In this document: one piece after another, positions 1 through 12,221 of the stretch
Position numbering within the stretch: position 1 is the first letter of the stretch
Layout of the letters: each line of letters starts with the position of its first letter
Assembly (NCBI GenBank): GCA_002269645.1
Contig: NIVC01001900.1
Location: 62,001-126,000, forward strand
Reading direction: 5' to 3'
Source of the DNA: Macrostomum lignano
Lineage: Eukaryota
Length of the DNA stretch: 64,000 bases
Notes under the pieces: generated by a model
Told to the model about the DNA's origin: nothing
The model's input: the letters and a program-made list of their open reading frames with translations, nothing else
The model's database searches: none
Made by a program: the position numbers and the translations under genes

Positions 1-551
1 ACATTTTCGTTTTGTTTCTTTTTAAATAGTTTTAAACAAATATAAAACAAACAGATTTGAGCTTGCAAAGAGAAGCATAACCTGCTTTTGAAAGGTCCTA
101 CTATCGATAGATAATATCTGTGCTAAAACAAAACAGTTAGCAGAGATCTATGATAATAATAATATGTACACTTAATGGAACAATTACAGAATTACATTTA
201 TGTTATACGCCAGAAAATAAATCATATAGATACAATATAATCACCATTTTTCCGCAATAAAAACTGGGTAATTAGACGAAAAAAATGAAGCAACACAAGG
301 GCTGCATACGTGCGAAATTCTCAGCTGGCAATTTTGTAGCAATGTTGTGTTTTCTCTCTGTCTCTAATTTCATGTGCTCAATTGAGCACACGCGAATGTC
401 ACAGCGCTTTTAAATAAGGACGGATTAACTTTTAACTGTTTTTTTTTCAGTTTAACAGCTTTGTAGGAACATGATGTACTTTTTGAAAAATGGCATTGTT
501 TGTGGAGCTCTTCTTCTAACTATGAGGGTAGGAAAGTGCTTCTTAAAGGGG

Positions 552-1835
552 GCTATTTTTCGATAGATGGGCGATTTTTCGATAGGTGGGCGATTTTCCG
601 ATAGGTGGGCGATTTTCCGATAGGCGGGCGATTTTTCGATAGGTGGGCAATTTTCCGATAGGTGGGCGATTTTCCGATAGGTGGGCGATTTTTCGATAGG
701 TGGGCGATTTTCCGATAGGTGGGCGATTTTCCAATAGGTGGGCGATTTTCCGATAGGTGGGCGATTTTTCGATAGGTGGGCGATTTTCCGATAGGTGGGC
801 GATTTTTCGATAGGTGGGCGATTTTCCAATAGGTGGGCGATTTTCCGATAGGTGGGCGATTTTTCGATAGGTGGGCGATTTTTCGATAGGTGGGCGACTT
901 TCCAATAGGTGGGCGATTTTTCGATAGGTGGGCGATTTTTCGATAGGTGAGTGATTTTCCGATAGGTGGGCGATTTTTCGATAGGTGGGCGATTTTTCGA
1001 TAGGTGGGCGATTTTTCGATAGGTGGGCGATTTTTCGATAGGTGAGTGATTTTTCGATAGGTGGGCGATTTTTCGATAGGTGAGCGATTTTTCGATAGGT
1101 GGGCGATTTTCCAATAGGTGGGCGATTTTCCGATAGGTGGGCGATTTTTCGATAGGTGGGCGATTTTTCGATAGGTGAGTGATTCTCCGATAGGTGGGCG
1201 ATTTTTCGATAGGTGAGCGATTTTTCGATAGGTGGGCGATTTTTCGATAGGTGAGTGATTTTCCGATAGGTGGGCGATTTTCCGATAGGTGGGCGATTTT
1301 TCGATAGGTGGGCGATTTTTCGATAGGTGGGCGATTTTTCGATAGGTGGGCGATTTTTCGATAGGTGAGTGCGATTTTTTCGATAGGTGGGCGATTTTTC
1401 GATAGGTGGGCGATTTTTCGATAGGTGAGCGATTTTTCGATTTTTCGATAGGTGGGCGATTTTTCGATAGGTGGGCGATTTTTCGATAGGTGAGTGATTT
1501 TTCGATAGGTGGGCGATTTTTCGATAGGTAGGCGATTTTTCGATAGGTGAGTGATTTTTCGATAGGTGGGCGATTTTTCGATAGGTGGGCGATTTTTCGA
1601 TAGGTGAGTGATTTTTCGATAGGTGGGCGATTTTTCGATAGGTGAGCGGTTTTTCGATAGGTGGGCGATTTTCCGATAGGTGGGCGACTCTTAGGAAGGG
1701 CGATTTTTCGATAGATGGGCGATTCTTGAGAGCGATTTTTCGATAGGTTGGCGATTCTTAAGACGGGGGGGGCGATTTTTTGATAGATGGGCGATTTTTA
1801 AGTGGGGGCGATTTTTCGATAGGTGGGCGATTTTT
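552..1835. repeat. 19-bp minisatellite (GATTTTTCGATAGGTGGGC)n, ~65 copies
   Basis: Direct tandem periodicity. The 19-aa period of ORF 452..1114 equals 3x19 nt. Confidence 0.95.
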
Positions 1836-2545
1836 CAGTAGGCAATTTTAACAGGAAACTGTCCAATTTAGATAGTAAATAGAAGCCTAACCAACACAAA
1901 CCTATTGATTGATTTTTCTGTATCCTATTTTTTTATCCCACAACTTATCTAAGAAAAATTCCACCCAAAATTAACTAAATAACCAACAAAAAATGATTGT
2001 TAATGAAAACACTTAGGGACAGGGGCAATTCTAGCTCGCACAGGATGAATTACAAACCATTAGGAAGCGATGTACAGGAATGCACAGACAAAAGTTGAAC
2101 GCAAATTGAACTACCCGTACTAATGATGAACTTTAGACGACGAACCCAAAGTTCATATTGTACAATTGAAAAAGTGCAAATTAATTCTGAATATATTAAA
2201 CAGCTAGTGGAAGACACAGGAAACTATTGATTATGTTTTGGGGTTCAGCAATTTTTGAACTTCAGTTAGGTGGCATCTGATACACGCACAGCACATTTAT
2301 ATTAAAGCAATTTGGAGAGTTTTAATAAAATCATGTTTAAAAAAACAACACAGCAAAAAAACAAACATAAAAAATGGTTGAGATACAGCCAGTTGTCTAC
2401 TTACAGTAGTCATAAGTAGAACATTATTAGTTGCAATAAATCAATCGAAAAAAACGGAATTGGTAAAAAATGTCAGTACACAAAAATTACCTTTTTGCAT
2501 AGCACCTGTAAGTATTGGATGCAATTAGGCTATTAATTTAATTAG

Positions 2546-4490
2546 CTATCCATCCTGCTGCCCACTGAGCTGATAATTGCCACGTGATGAAGCCATCTGC
2601 TGCACCAGCGACTGCATGTCTAGGCAGGACACTCGCTGCCGCTGGCTGGTAGGCGCTGGAGAGTTCAGGACGAAACTGTGCGGGGGACAAATAGAGGTCG
2701 AATATGTACACATATCTTTGACCAGTTAAAACTCCATTCCATCGGTGAGTTTGATTTATGAGAAAACCATTCTATCGGTGAGTTTGGTTTCTTAGAAAAC
2801 CATTCTATCGGTGAGTTTGATTTCTTAGAAAACCATTCCATTGGTGAGTTTTATTTCTTAGAAAACCATTTCATCAGTAAGTTTGGTTTCTTAGAAAACC
2901 CATTCTATCGGTGAGTTTGATTTCTTAGAAAACCATTCTATCGGTGAGTTTGATTTATTAGAAAACCATTCCATTGGTAAGTTTTATTTCTTAGAAAACC
3001 ATTTCATCAGTGAGTTTGGTTTCTTAGAAAACCATTCCATCGATGAGTTTGGTTTCTTAGAAAACCCATTCTATCGGTGAGTTTGATTTCTTAGAAAACC
3101 ATTCTATCGGTGAGTTTGATTTCTTAGAAAACCATTCCATCGGTGAGTTTGGTTTCTTAGAAAACCATTCCATCGGTGAGTTTGATTTCTTAGAAAACCA
3201 TTCTATCGGTGAGTTTGATTTCTTAGAAAACCATTCTATAGGCGAGTTTGATTTCTTAGAAAACCATTTCATCAGTGAGTTTGATTTCTTAGAAAACCAT
3301 TCTATCGGTGAGTTTGATTTCTTAGAAAACCATTTCATCAGTGAGTTTGGTTTCTTAGAAAACCATTTCATCAGTGAGTTTGATTTCTTAGAAAACCATT
3401 CTATCGGTGAGTTTGATTTCTTAGAAAACCATTCTATCGGTGAGTTTGATTTCTTAAAAAACCATTCTATCGGTGAGTTTGATTTCTTAGAAAACCATTC
3501 TATCGGTGAGTTTGATTTCTTAGAAAACCATTCTATCAGTTTTGATTTTGATTTTTAGGTGTCTAGGAAAGGTGACTAAAGATTAAAGAAAAATTTCTGT
3601 TGTGCATTAAGTTTATTAGCAAAAGTGTTTACTGACCTCTTGAACTGTTCGACAACGGGGTCCAGCTCGTTGTCATCATGATCGAACTCTCTGTCGCTGC
3701 TAAAATCGTCCGACACAACGTCAGAGTCATCGGATGCACCGGTGGCTCCGTTGCTGCTGCCGTTAGAAGCAGATTTCTGCCTTTGAGCGTTACCAGCAAT
3801 AGCGCTTCTGGGAAGGAAAACTAAAATTGCAGTGTGAAAGGGAAAGTATTTTAAGCTTTTTCAGCAATTTTTTAAATTTCTGACCACTCTAAAATAGGTT
3901 TCTTAGAAAGATTTAGCTGGTCAGATTTGTTTCTTAGAAACATTTAGCTGGTCAATTTTATTTCTTAGAAACATTTAGCTGGTCAGTTTTATTTCTTAGA
4001 AACATTTAGCTGCTCAATTTTTTTTCTTAGAAACATTTAGCTGCTCAATTTTTTTTCTTAGAATCATTTAGCTGGTCAAAATGGTTTCTTAGAAACATTT
4101 AGCTGGTCAAATTGGTTTGTTAGAAACCTTTAGCTGGTCAATTTGATTTCTTAGAAACTTAGAAAAAATGTCCTAAAAATGCACTCTAAAAATACAACAA
4201 AATGCAGACTTCTATTTCTTAGAAATACATGATTTTGAAACCACTCGCCTCTATCAACGCCAGCAACGCGAGTTGAAACGCCGGCACTGGAAGATGCGGC
4301 TGACGCTGGCTTGGACTTATTACTCCTGGATGGCGAGCTTTTATTGCCGCCAGCTGAGGCCGCTGGCGACTGTCGCTTGCCCTTCGCTTGTTGGCCGTTG
4401 CAATTGGAATTGGCGCCGTTATTAGCTGCCGCGGCGGCTGCTTGACCTTCAATGAACCGCACAAGTTCGTCGATATCATTCGAAGATGAT

Positions 4491-4522
<32 letters not shown>

Positions 4523-7500
4523 TTGTTTCGGCTGTTGCTGCTTGCGTTTCTCTTTCAGCTTCTGTCGCAGCCGATCCCGGTTGGCATGGTAACCAGCGGA
4601 GACTGGAGCCGTGGCGGCCACAGCGGATGAAGAGGCGCCCCCGCCGCCAGTGTTAGCTGGAGCAGTTTGAGTACAAGTTTGAGCAGCTTGAGAAGCATGA
4701 TGATGCTGATGCTGAGATTTATTGCCCCGATGGTGGCCGCAGTGCTCGCACTTCTCCTTGGCTCCGCCATCGGCTATGGCCATGAATTTCTCTTCAAATT
4801 CTTCATCATCATCGTTATAAGGCAGACTGGTGCTGCTGCCGTCCAGTGTAGGCCTCGGCGCCAACACGCCGCAGGTGATGTAGTGAGACATTTTACAGTT
4901 TGGACAGGTGCACACAGTCTGACTGCACCGTTCGCAGGTGACAAACGGACCAGACGCGCTGCCTAGAGCCAGATCTTCGGGCGTGGTCACGCAAGACTCT
5001 GGCGGCCAGGGAATCTCGCTGGATGGCTTGTTGGCCTCGCGCCACCTGGCCAGAGCCGGCTGGGCCTCCTCCCACTTGCAGCGAACTCGGCGCATTTCGC
5101 CATCAAGAATGAGCAGGCAGCGTAGAGGTTCGATTTCCGTATCCGGCCTGTCTGGGGGAGGTCGGAGCTTGTCTAACAAAATCTTCTGTAGCGATCTGAT
5201 GCTCTCGTGCGAATAGATTATGCACTCGTAGCTGTGCTCGCACACTAATCGCCAGGTTAATCCCATTGCTGACAGGTGCTCGGATTCTAACTTTGAAGCC
5301 ACTGGCGCCTGGCTAACGGCCATTTCGCATAAGCCTCTGTACTCGCAGCACATCAGGTCCAGGAAGTCCGTGCTGCGCTTGTAGTTGACGAGGGGCTGAC
5401 GGGCCAGGTTGAGCAGCAGCCGGTTGCGGGCCTCCTGTGGGCGATGAAGGGGCGGCTTCTTAATGGCATTGTGTCTATGGCGATTCTTAATGGCATTGTG
5501 TCTGTGGCGATTCTTAATGGCATTGTGTCTGTGGCGATTTTTAATGGCACTGTGTCTTTGTTGATTCTTAATGGCATTGTGTCTATGGCGATTCTTAATG
5601 GCATTGTGTCTGTGGCGATTTTTAATGGCACTGTGTCTGTGGCGATTCTTAATGGCATTGTGTCTGTGGCGATTGTTAATGGCATTGTTTCTTTGTTGAT
5701 TCTTAATGGCATTGTGTCTGTGGCGATTCTTAATGGCATTGTGTCTGTGGCGATTCTTAATGGCATTGTGTCTGTGGCGATTCTTAATGGCATTGTGTCT
5801 GTGGCGATTGTTAATGGCATTGTTTCTTTGTTGATTCTTAATGGCATTGTGTCTGTGGCGATTCTTAATGGCATTGTGTCTGTGGCGATTCTTAATGGCA
5901 TTGTGTCTGTGGCGATTCTTAATGGCATTGTGTCTGTGGCGATTGTTAATGGCATTGTTTCTTTGTTGATTCTTAATGGCATTGTGTCTGTGGCGATTCT
6001 TAATGGCATTGTGTCTTTGTTGATTCTTAATGACATTGTGTCTGTGGCGATTCTTAATGGCATTGTGTCTTTGTTGATTCTTAATGACATTGTGTCTGTG
6101 GTGATTCTTAATGGCATTGTGTCTGTGGTGATTCTTAATGACATTGTGTCTGTGGTGATTCTTAATGACATTGTCTGTGTCGATTCTTAATGGCACTGTG
6201 TCCTTGTTGATTCTTAATGGCACTGTGTCCTTGTTGATTTTTAATGGCACTGTGTCCTTGTTGATTCTTAATGCCACTGTGTCCTTGTTGATTCTTAACG
6301 CCACTGTGTCCTTGTTGATTCTTAATGACACTGTCTGTGGCGATTTTTAATGGCACTGTGTCCTTGTTGATTCTTAATGGCACTGTGTCCTTGTTGATTC
6401 TTAATGACACTGTCTGTGGCGATTCTTAATGGCACTGTGTACTTGTTGATTCTTAACGCCACTGTGTCCTTGTTGATTCTTAATGACACTGTCTTTGGCG
6501 ATTTTTAATGGCACTGTGTCCTTGTTGATTCTTAATGGCACTGTGTCCTTGTTGATTCTAAACGCCACTGTGTCCTTGTTGATTCTTAATGGCACTGTGT
6601 CCTTGTTGATTCTTAATGGCACTGTGTACTTGTTGATTCTTAATGGCACTGTGTCTGTGGCGATTCTTAATGGCACTGCGTCCTTGTTGAATGTTGATTC
6701 TTAATGGCACTGTGTCTCTGTTGATTCTGAATGGCATTGTGTCTGTGGCGATTGTTAATGACATTGTGTCCTTGTTGATTCTTAATGGCATTGTGTCTTT
6801 GTTGATTCTTAATGGCATTGTGTCTTTGTTGATTCTTAATGGCATTGTGTCTTTGTTGATTCTTAATGGCATTGTGTCTGTGGCGATTCTTAATGGCATT
6901 GTGTCTGTGGCGATTCTTAATGGCATTGTGTCTGTGGCGATTGTTAATGGCATTGTGTCTGTGGCGACTCTTAATGGCATTGTGTCTGTGGCGATTCTGA
7001 ATGGCATTGTGTCTGTGGCGATTGTTAATGGCATTGTGTCTGTGGCGATTGTTAAGGGCATTGTGTCTGTGGCGATTCTTACTGTCAGTGTGTCTTTGCT
7101 GATTCATAATGACATTGTTTGTGAAATATTTTGAAACTGTGATTTCCTGTGAATGAGCTATTTTAAAGGATTGTCGGATGTAATTTTAAAAGGATTTATA
7201 ATATTTCGATTTTTCACCTGAGCAGTGAGCCTAGCCACATCCTCCATAGCATTCAGGCTAACCACTGGTTGACAATGGACCAGTCGAATTAGCTGACGCA
7301 GCGTGCTTGGATCTTCAATCAGTTTTAGCTGAGGCTGACGAAATGCTCGACGCAATAGTTTAACGGCAGCTGGGACTTGGTCCAAAGGCAGAGACTGCAT
7401 CTCGTCTGCAACATCGGATGCTGTCACCACTGAGGCAAAACCGCTGGGACTTGGCGCCACAGCCTGACCGCTAGACGCACTAAAGTTCAAGGAGAATGGC

Positions 7501-7571
7501 GAAGCACAGTTGCCATTGGAAGTACTCGATGCGGATCTGTTGGATGGATGCCGTTTATCCATAGTGCTCAT
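2546..7571 (-). CDS. FAM193A: FAM193-family protein, ~617 aa, 4 coding exons: 7571-7218, 5434-4249, 3820-3637, 2675-2546
   Basis: Exons join in frame with GT-AG/GC-AG signals. Cys motif CERCSQTVCTCPNCKMSHYITCG resembles FAM193A CPNC..CACDDCSLSHILTCG. DIDELVRFIEG and the C-terminal DRVFLPR...DPVVEQFKSFVLNS match FAM193_C (DDVFLPK...DREVEYFKRFCLDS). In-frame stop upstream of the ATG. A/B paralogue assignment is not meaningful in an invertebrate. Confidence 0.8.
2712..3545. repeat. 33-bp minisatellite in FAM193 intron 3 (TTCTTAGAAAACCATTCTATCGGTGAGTTTGAT)n
   Basis: Tandem units; the 11-aa period of ORF 3057..3371 matches. Confidence 0.95.
3898..4160. repeat. ~31-bp minisatellite in FAM193 intron 2 (TTTCTTAGAAACATTTAGCTGGTCAATTTTA)n, ~8 copies
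   Basis: Direct tandem repeat. Confidence 0.9.
5458..7110. repeat. 27-bp minisatellite filling FAM193 intron 1 (TTCTTAATGGCATTGTGTCTGTGGCGA)n with variant units, ~60 copies
   Basis: 9-aa periodic ORFs in several frames. The array lies between the donor at 7217 and the acceptor at 5435. Confidence 0.95.
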
Positions 7572-7741
7572 GGCTTGCTAAGTTGTTGATTTCTTGAATG
7601 AGGAAACGGCTTATTTACTTCGAGCTGCTGCAAGTGGAGAGCCACAATAATGTCTTGTACATAGATGTCAAATTACTTTGCTGTGATAATGAACTTCGTG
7701 AACTTTTAAAACTTTGTGAACTTGTAACTTGCTTACTTAAA

Positions 7742-8010
7742 TGGTGTATGTGTACTCTGGGGTTAGAGGGATAGGGGTTGGCTGGTGTATGTGTACTCTG
7801 GGGTTAGAGGGATAGGGGTTGGCTGGTGTATGTGTACTCTGGGGTTAGAGGGATAGGGGTTGGCTGGCTGGTGTATGTGTACAATGGGGTTACAGGGATA
7901 TGGCTTGGCTGGTGTATGTGTACAATGGGGTTAGAGGGATAGGGGTTGGCTGGTGTATATGTACATTAGGTTTAGAGGGAAAGGGCTTGGCTGAGAGTGT
8001 ATATACTATG
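7742..8010. repeat. 41-bp G-rich minisatellite (GGCTGGTGTATGTGTACTCTGGGGTTAGAGGGATAGGGGTT)n, ~6 copies
   Basis: Direct tandem repeat, degenerating to the right. Confidence 0.9.
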
Positions 8011-9282
8011 GGGTTAGAATTATAGAGTTGACTGAGTTCCCAAAAAGTTTTTTGTCTTATTTTACATCAATTGATTAAAAATATTTTATACTCTTTTTGT
8101 GCATATGCCTATTTTTAAACTTATTCCAAAAGGTCTAATCATATATAAGCATTAAAAAAACTTGCAATGTTAAAGATTATAGGTCTATTGTATTAGATAA
8201 GATATTTATATATACATAGATTTTGTGGATAAATATGCCTTAGGCCCTAAATGAAAAAATGAAAAAATGAAAAAATTTGCAATGGAATCTTGCATGGCCA
8301 TTTTGGAACAAAAAGTTGAATGCATTTTTTGCATAAGTTTTTATCTAAAATATGCAAGTTTTGGTATTTTAGTTCTATAAGAAACTTTTTTAGTTTTTTT
8401 CTATATATACTTTGTTATAAGGTTATAAAGGATAATAACTATGCTTTTAAATGCAATAACTTTGTTAAATTATAAGTAAGGAGTGAAATATATAATATTT
8501 TTAAATAATACCTTTTAGAGTTGCACAAGTTTGCAAAAAATAAGCATATAGCTATTGTGAGAGTGACTGTGGCCAACAAGCCAAGCAGGCAACACTAGTC
8601 AGGCAAAGGGTGGGCCCTATCCTCTGCCTTCAGGGCGTTAAACCTACTCCAATCTCAAATCAAAACCTACCTCCCCGGGGCCAAAGGGGGTTAAGTGAAC
8701 TAATCAGGGAAGCCTGTGCCTTTTCTGGGTTAGTAAGAGCCAAAAACCAGTTGTATAACCGCCCCACAGCCGTGGCAACTCAAAGGAGCCTCCCCCCCAA
8801 CTAAACCCCAGGTACTCTCGCCAGACAGTCTCTTATCTTTGAAGTGGCAGAAGGGCTAATTGCCGGGACTATTTCACCCTTTGCTTTGCCAACCCGCCAT
8901 TTCTATTAGGCCATGCCAATGGCCCTATCCTGGTCAAACTTAGTCCTGTTTTTGGCACACTCCAGGTTTAATAGAGTTGCTGGCTGTTCACTCAGAGGCC
9001 ACTCCAAGGGAGACCATCAGAGCATCAACTGGAACAGGTATAGGCCTGCCTTCTTATACAGCTACCTAGTACCCACAGCCCTTCCTGATTGACTATTACC
9101 CTCCAACCCAGCCTACTAACTCATTACAAGCTTTCAGCCAGGCAGAGGCAAGTGTCACAGGGGTACTGCGGTTAGGCGTCTCTATGCGAGACAAAACCAT
9201 CGCATAGAGATTTTTTCATGAATAAAAAATTGCATAGACTATAGACATTGGCCTATATAGCAGAAGCAGAGCAACGCACACA

Positions 9283-9962
9283 CAAGGACGACTTAAGTAG
9301 AAGGACGGGAAACCTTGTTTCTTAAAAAAGTTTTGAAGGCACTTTTTCCCGAAAAAATACACTACGGAGATAGGAAGTTTTCATTTTTTCAGCACAAAAA
9401 TTGTTATTGCGTTTGATAGGAGGCAGATCCAGTGTTCATCTTTTGATATGTTGTGCCTTTTTTATTGCTCTATTGATATTTATAAAGCTTTTCGTTTAGA
9501 AAATTAGGATTCTATGTTAATTTTTTATTCTACGTATATTTTCGCGTGTCTTGTGCTTGAAATACATTAGAATGCCACGGCTCGGCTCTTTAGCTTCATG
9601 AGTCTTTTTTATCATTCTTACCCGACTGTGTAGCAAATATTTGTAACAGAGATGATAAAATATTGGAGCTGTGTCATGCATTTTTGTGATTTTTAGATAC
9701 AGGAAATATACGTAGAATAAAAAATTAACATAGAATACTAATTTTCTGAACGAAAAGCTTTATAAATATCGATAGAGCAATAAAAAAGGCACAACATATC
9801 AAAAGATGAACACTGGATCTGCCTCCTATCAAACGCAATAACAATTTTTGTGCTGAAAAAATGAAAACTTCCTATCTCCGTAGTGTATTTTATTGGGGAA
9901 AAGTGCCTTCAAAACTTTTCTAAGAAACGAGGTTTCCCGTCCCTCTACTTAAGTCGTCCTTG
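9283..9962. mobile_element. Fold-back MITE / non-autonomous DNA transposon with ~260-bp terminal inverted repeats and 8-bp TSD (hAT or P type)
   Basis: 9283-~9542 is the reverse complement of ~9703-9962, with about 10 mismatches by eye. Ends CAAGG...CCTTG. Flanks CGCACACA / CGCGCACA (7/8). Confidence 0.9.
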
Positions 9963-10456
9963 CGCGCACATTGCATTAGAACCTATTAGTATTATTAATG
10001 TATGCTAGTAAACATAGCAAAGAGAACTTGCGTAACCATTACAGGTTGCGAGGTTGGCAGATATGGCATTGTAGTATTTTCAGTAGTAGTGCTTATATGT
10101 CTACATTAATATTTTAGGCGAAGGGAAATATTAATCTTTTTAGCTTGAAAATATATTGGAATATAAATTGGGCGGTAAAATTACAAAAATCAAACTCGCG
10201 CTGAAACCTAGAAATGTTATATGTAGTTTAAGGTAGACATAAGACTAAAATTAGCCTAAATAAAAATTATATTTTAAGTTTTTTTATCGCTTGGTTGATT
10301 CACAACATGTGCATGTTATAAATAAGTACAGCAATACCTTTTAAAGAACATAACAAAATAGCACAAATTCAAACTACACATTCAGAAGCAGACCGCGGGC
10401 CGCCGGCGCGCCGCGCGGTCCGGTCCGACGGCATGAGCAGAGCCGTGAATCGGTGA

Positions 10457-10458
<2 letters not shown>

Positions 10459-10490
<32 letters not shown>
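10459..10490. repeat. (TC)16 microsatellite
   Basis: Direct. Confidence 0.95.
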
Positions 10491-10496
<6 letters not shown>

Positions 10497-11689
10497 AACG
10501 ACTCGACGTATCATCACGGGTCACGGGAGTTTAAAGATGGTTTTTTCTTACCATATTTTATCTGCTACCTTTTCAACTGCAGGCAGCAGCCAGGGTAACC
10601 CTATCAGGCTTCCAGACAATCCGGCGACAGATATCTGATTAACAACAAGTTTTTTGCGGGTATGGACCCACTTTATTTAAAAAACATGGGTGGGATCTGG
10701 GATGGGAGCAACAGGAAACCTCATTTCTTAGAAAAATTTATAAGGCAGGTATCTTTAAAAATCTATGACAGACAAAGCAAGTTTTCTTTTCCAGCACAAA
10801 GGCAGACTCATATTCATTTTTTATATATTCTCATTGTTCTGCCTTTAAGCTAAGATTCATAAAATAGATTGATCAGACACCAATTCATTTGTAACCTGCT
10901 AGGCCCTAGTTGTACATTTTTTAACAGATAAAATTTAACAAATATGTGTAATAGGGGCCTATTTGCACAAGTCATATGCTCAAATTTTAACTTCTTGTAC
11001 ATTTTTAACACATTAGAAGTCTAATACATGTGAACTTGTAATTCTACAAGTAGTGAACTATTGCCCTTTTGACTGTCACCTTTTTGATTGTCATCCTTTT
11101 GACTGTTGCCTTTTTGATCTATTGCCCTTTTGACCTGTAGCCAATTATCCTGTCATTTGATTGACTAGATACCCCTATCATTATCCAAAGACATGTTAAT
11201 TTATTATGTAGCCTATTTTTTGCCAGTGTCACCTGTCTAGGCTAGGCCCCTGGCAATAGCGCAACCAGAAATTTTTCAAGGGGGGGGGGCGGATTCTAAG
11301 GGTAAAGTCCCTGGGAAAGGGGGCGGCGGAGGGGTGGCTCTGTTTTTGGCGAAAATTCGCTTGGTCCCCCCTTTGATTTTTTTTTGGTCCCCCGCCTACG
11401 AAAAAAAATTCTTAGGGAGGGGGGCTAGGAATCGAATTCTCATTTTAATTCCAGGCTTATGTACCAATAAAACATGCTTGTGCAGAATTTTATAACAGAC
11501 ATTGAAATTCAACAATACTTGCCTTCTTTCAGAGCTACTTCTACCAGTATGCTTCAGTACGCTACCAGTACCCTTGTAAGCCTTGACATGTCAGCAATCC
11601 CTCCCACAAGCCTTAACATATCAACTCCCCCCTTGACGTCTCAGCGATGCTCCCATAAGCCTTGAAATCTTAAAAAATCTGTCTACTTT

Positions 11690-11717
11690 CTAACCCTAAC
11701 CCTAACCCTAACCCTAA
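11690..11717. repeat. Short interstitial telomere-like tract (TAACCC)4
   Basis: CTAACCCTAACCCTAACCCTAACCCTAA, inside a region of diverged ~30-bp AAGCCTTGACAT repeats (11575-12110). Confidence 0.85.
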
Positions 11718-12221
11718 AGCATTGAAATTTCAGTAATTCTCTCTAAGAGTCATTATAGCACTACTACAGCATTATAGCGATTCCCTGCAAGCCTCGACAT
11801 CGTAGGGATTCCCAAATGAATCTCTTAACTTCGACATGAAGCTTCTTTTATTTTTTACATTACGCCTTTTCTATCAGCGATCCCTCCCATGAGGAGCCAA
11901 CAAATAATGTAATAACTTTTTTCCAATAAACTACATGTAGCTTCTGACATTAGCCTTGACATCTCATTTATTCCCCCGTGAGCCTTGACATCTCAGCTAT
12001 AGATAGATAGATAGATAGATTCCCCTCGTAAGCCTTGACATGTCAGCGATGCCCCTTATAAACCTTGATATCTGAAAAATCCCCTGTTAACCTTGAAACC
12101 CGCTAAAATCTAACCCTCAACCCAAACCTGACGTAAACCTAACTTTCACCCAACCTAAAGCCTAAATAGCAAGCATCCCTGGATAGAAATAATCCTATAC
12201 ATGTAGCCAAGCTTATCAAGC

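Noticed and set aside
452-1114. 220-aa repetitive ORF
   Set aside because: It is the translation of the 19-bp minisatellite; there are no splice or domain features.
2122-2192. Box C/D snoRNA candidate (ATGATGA...CTGA with an internal stem)
   Set aside because: The terminal stem needed for the kink-turn does not pair, and there is no recognisable rRNA guide or host intron.
5435-6331. N-terminal half of the 726-aa ORF 4151..6331
   Set aside because: It is read-through of the 27-bp intronic array; the real exon starts at the acceptor at 5434.
11690-11717. Chromosome end or fusion site
   Set aside because: Only four telomeric units, with no inverted head-to-head arrangement or subtelomeric context.
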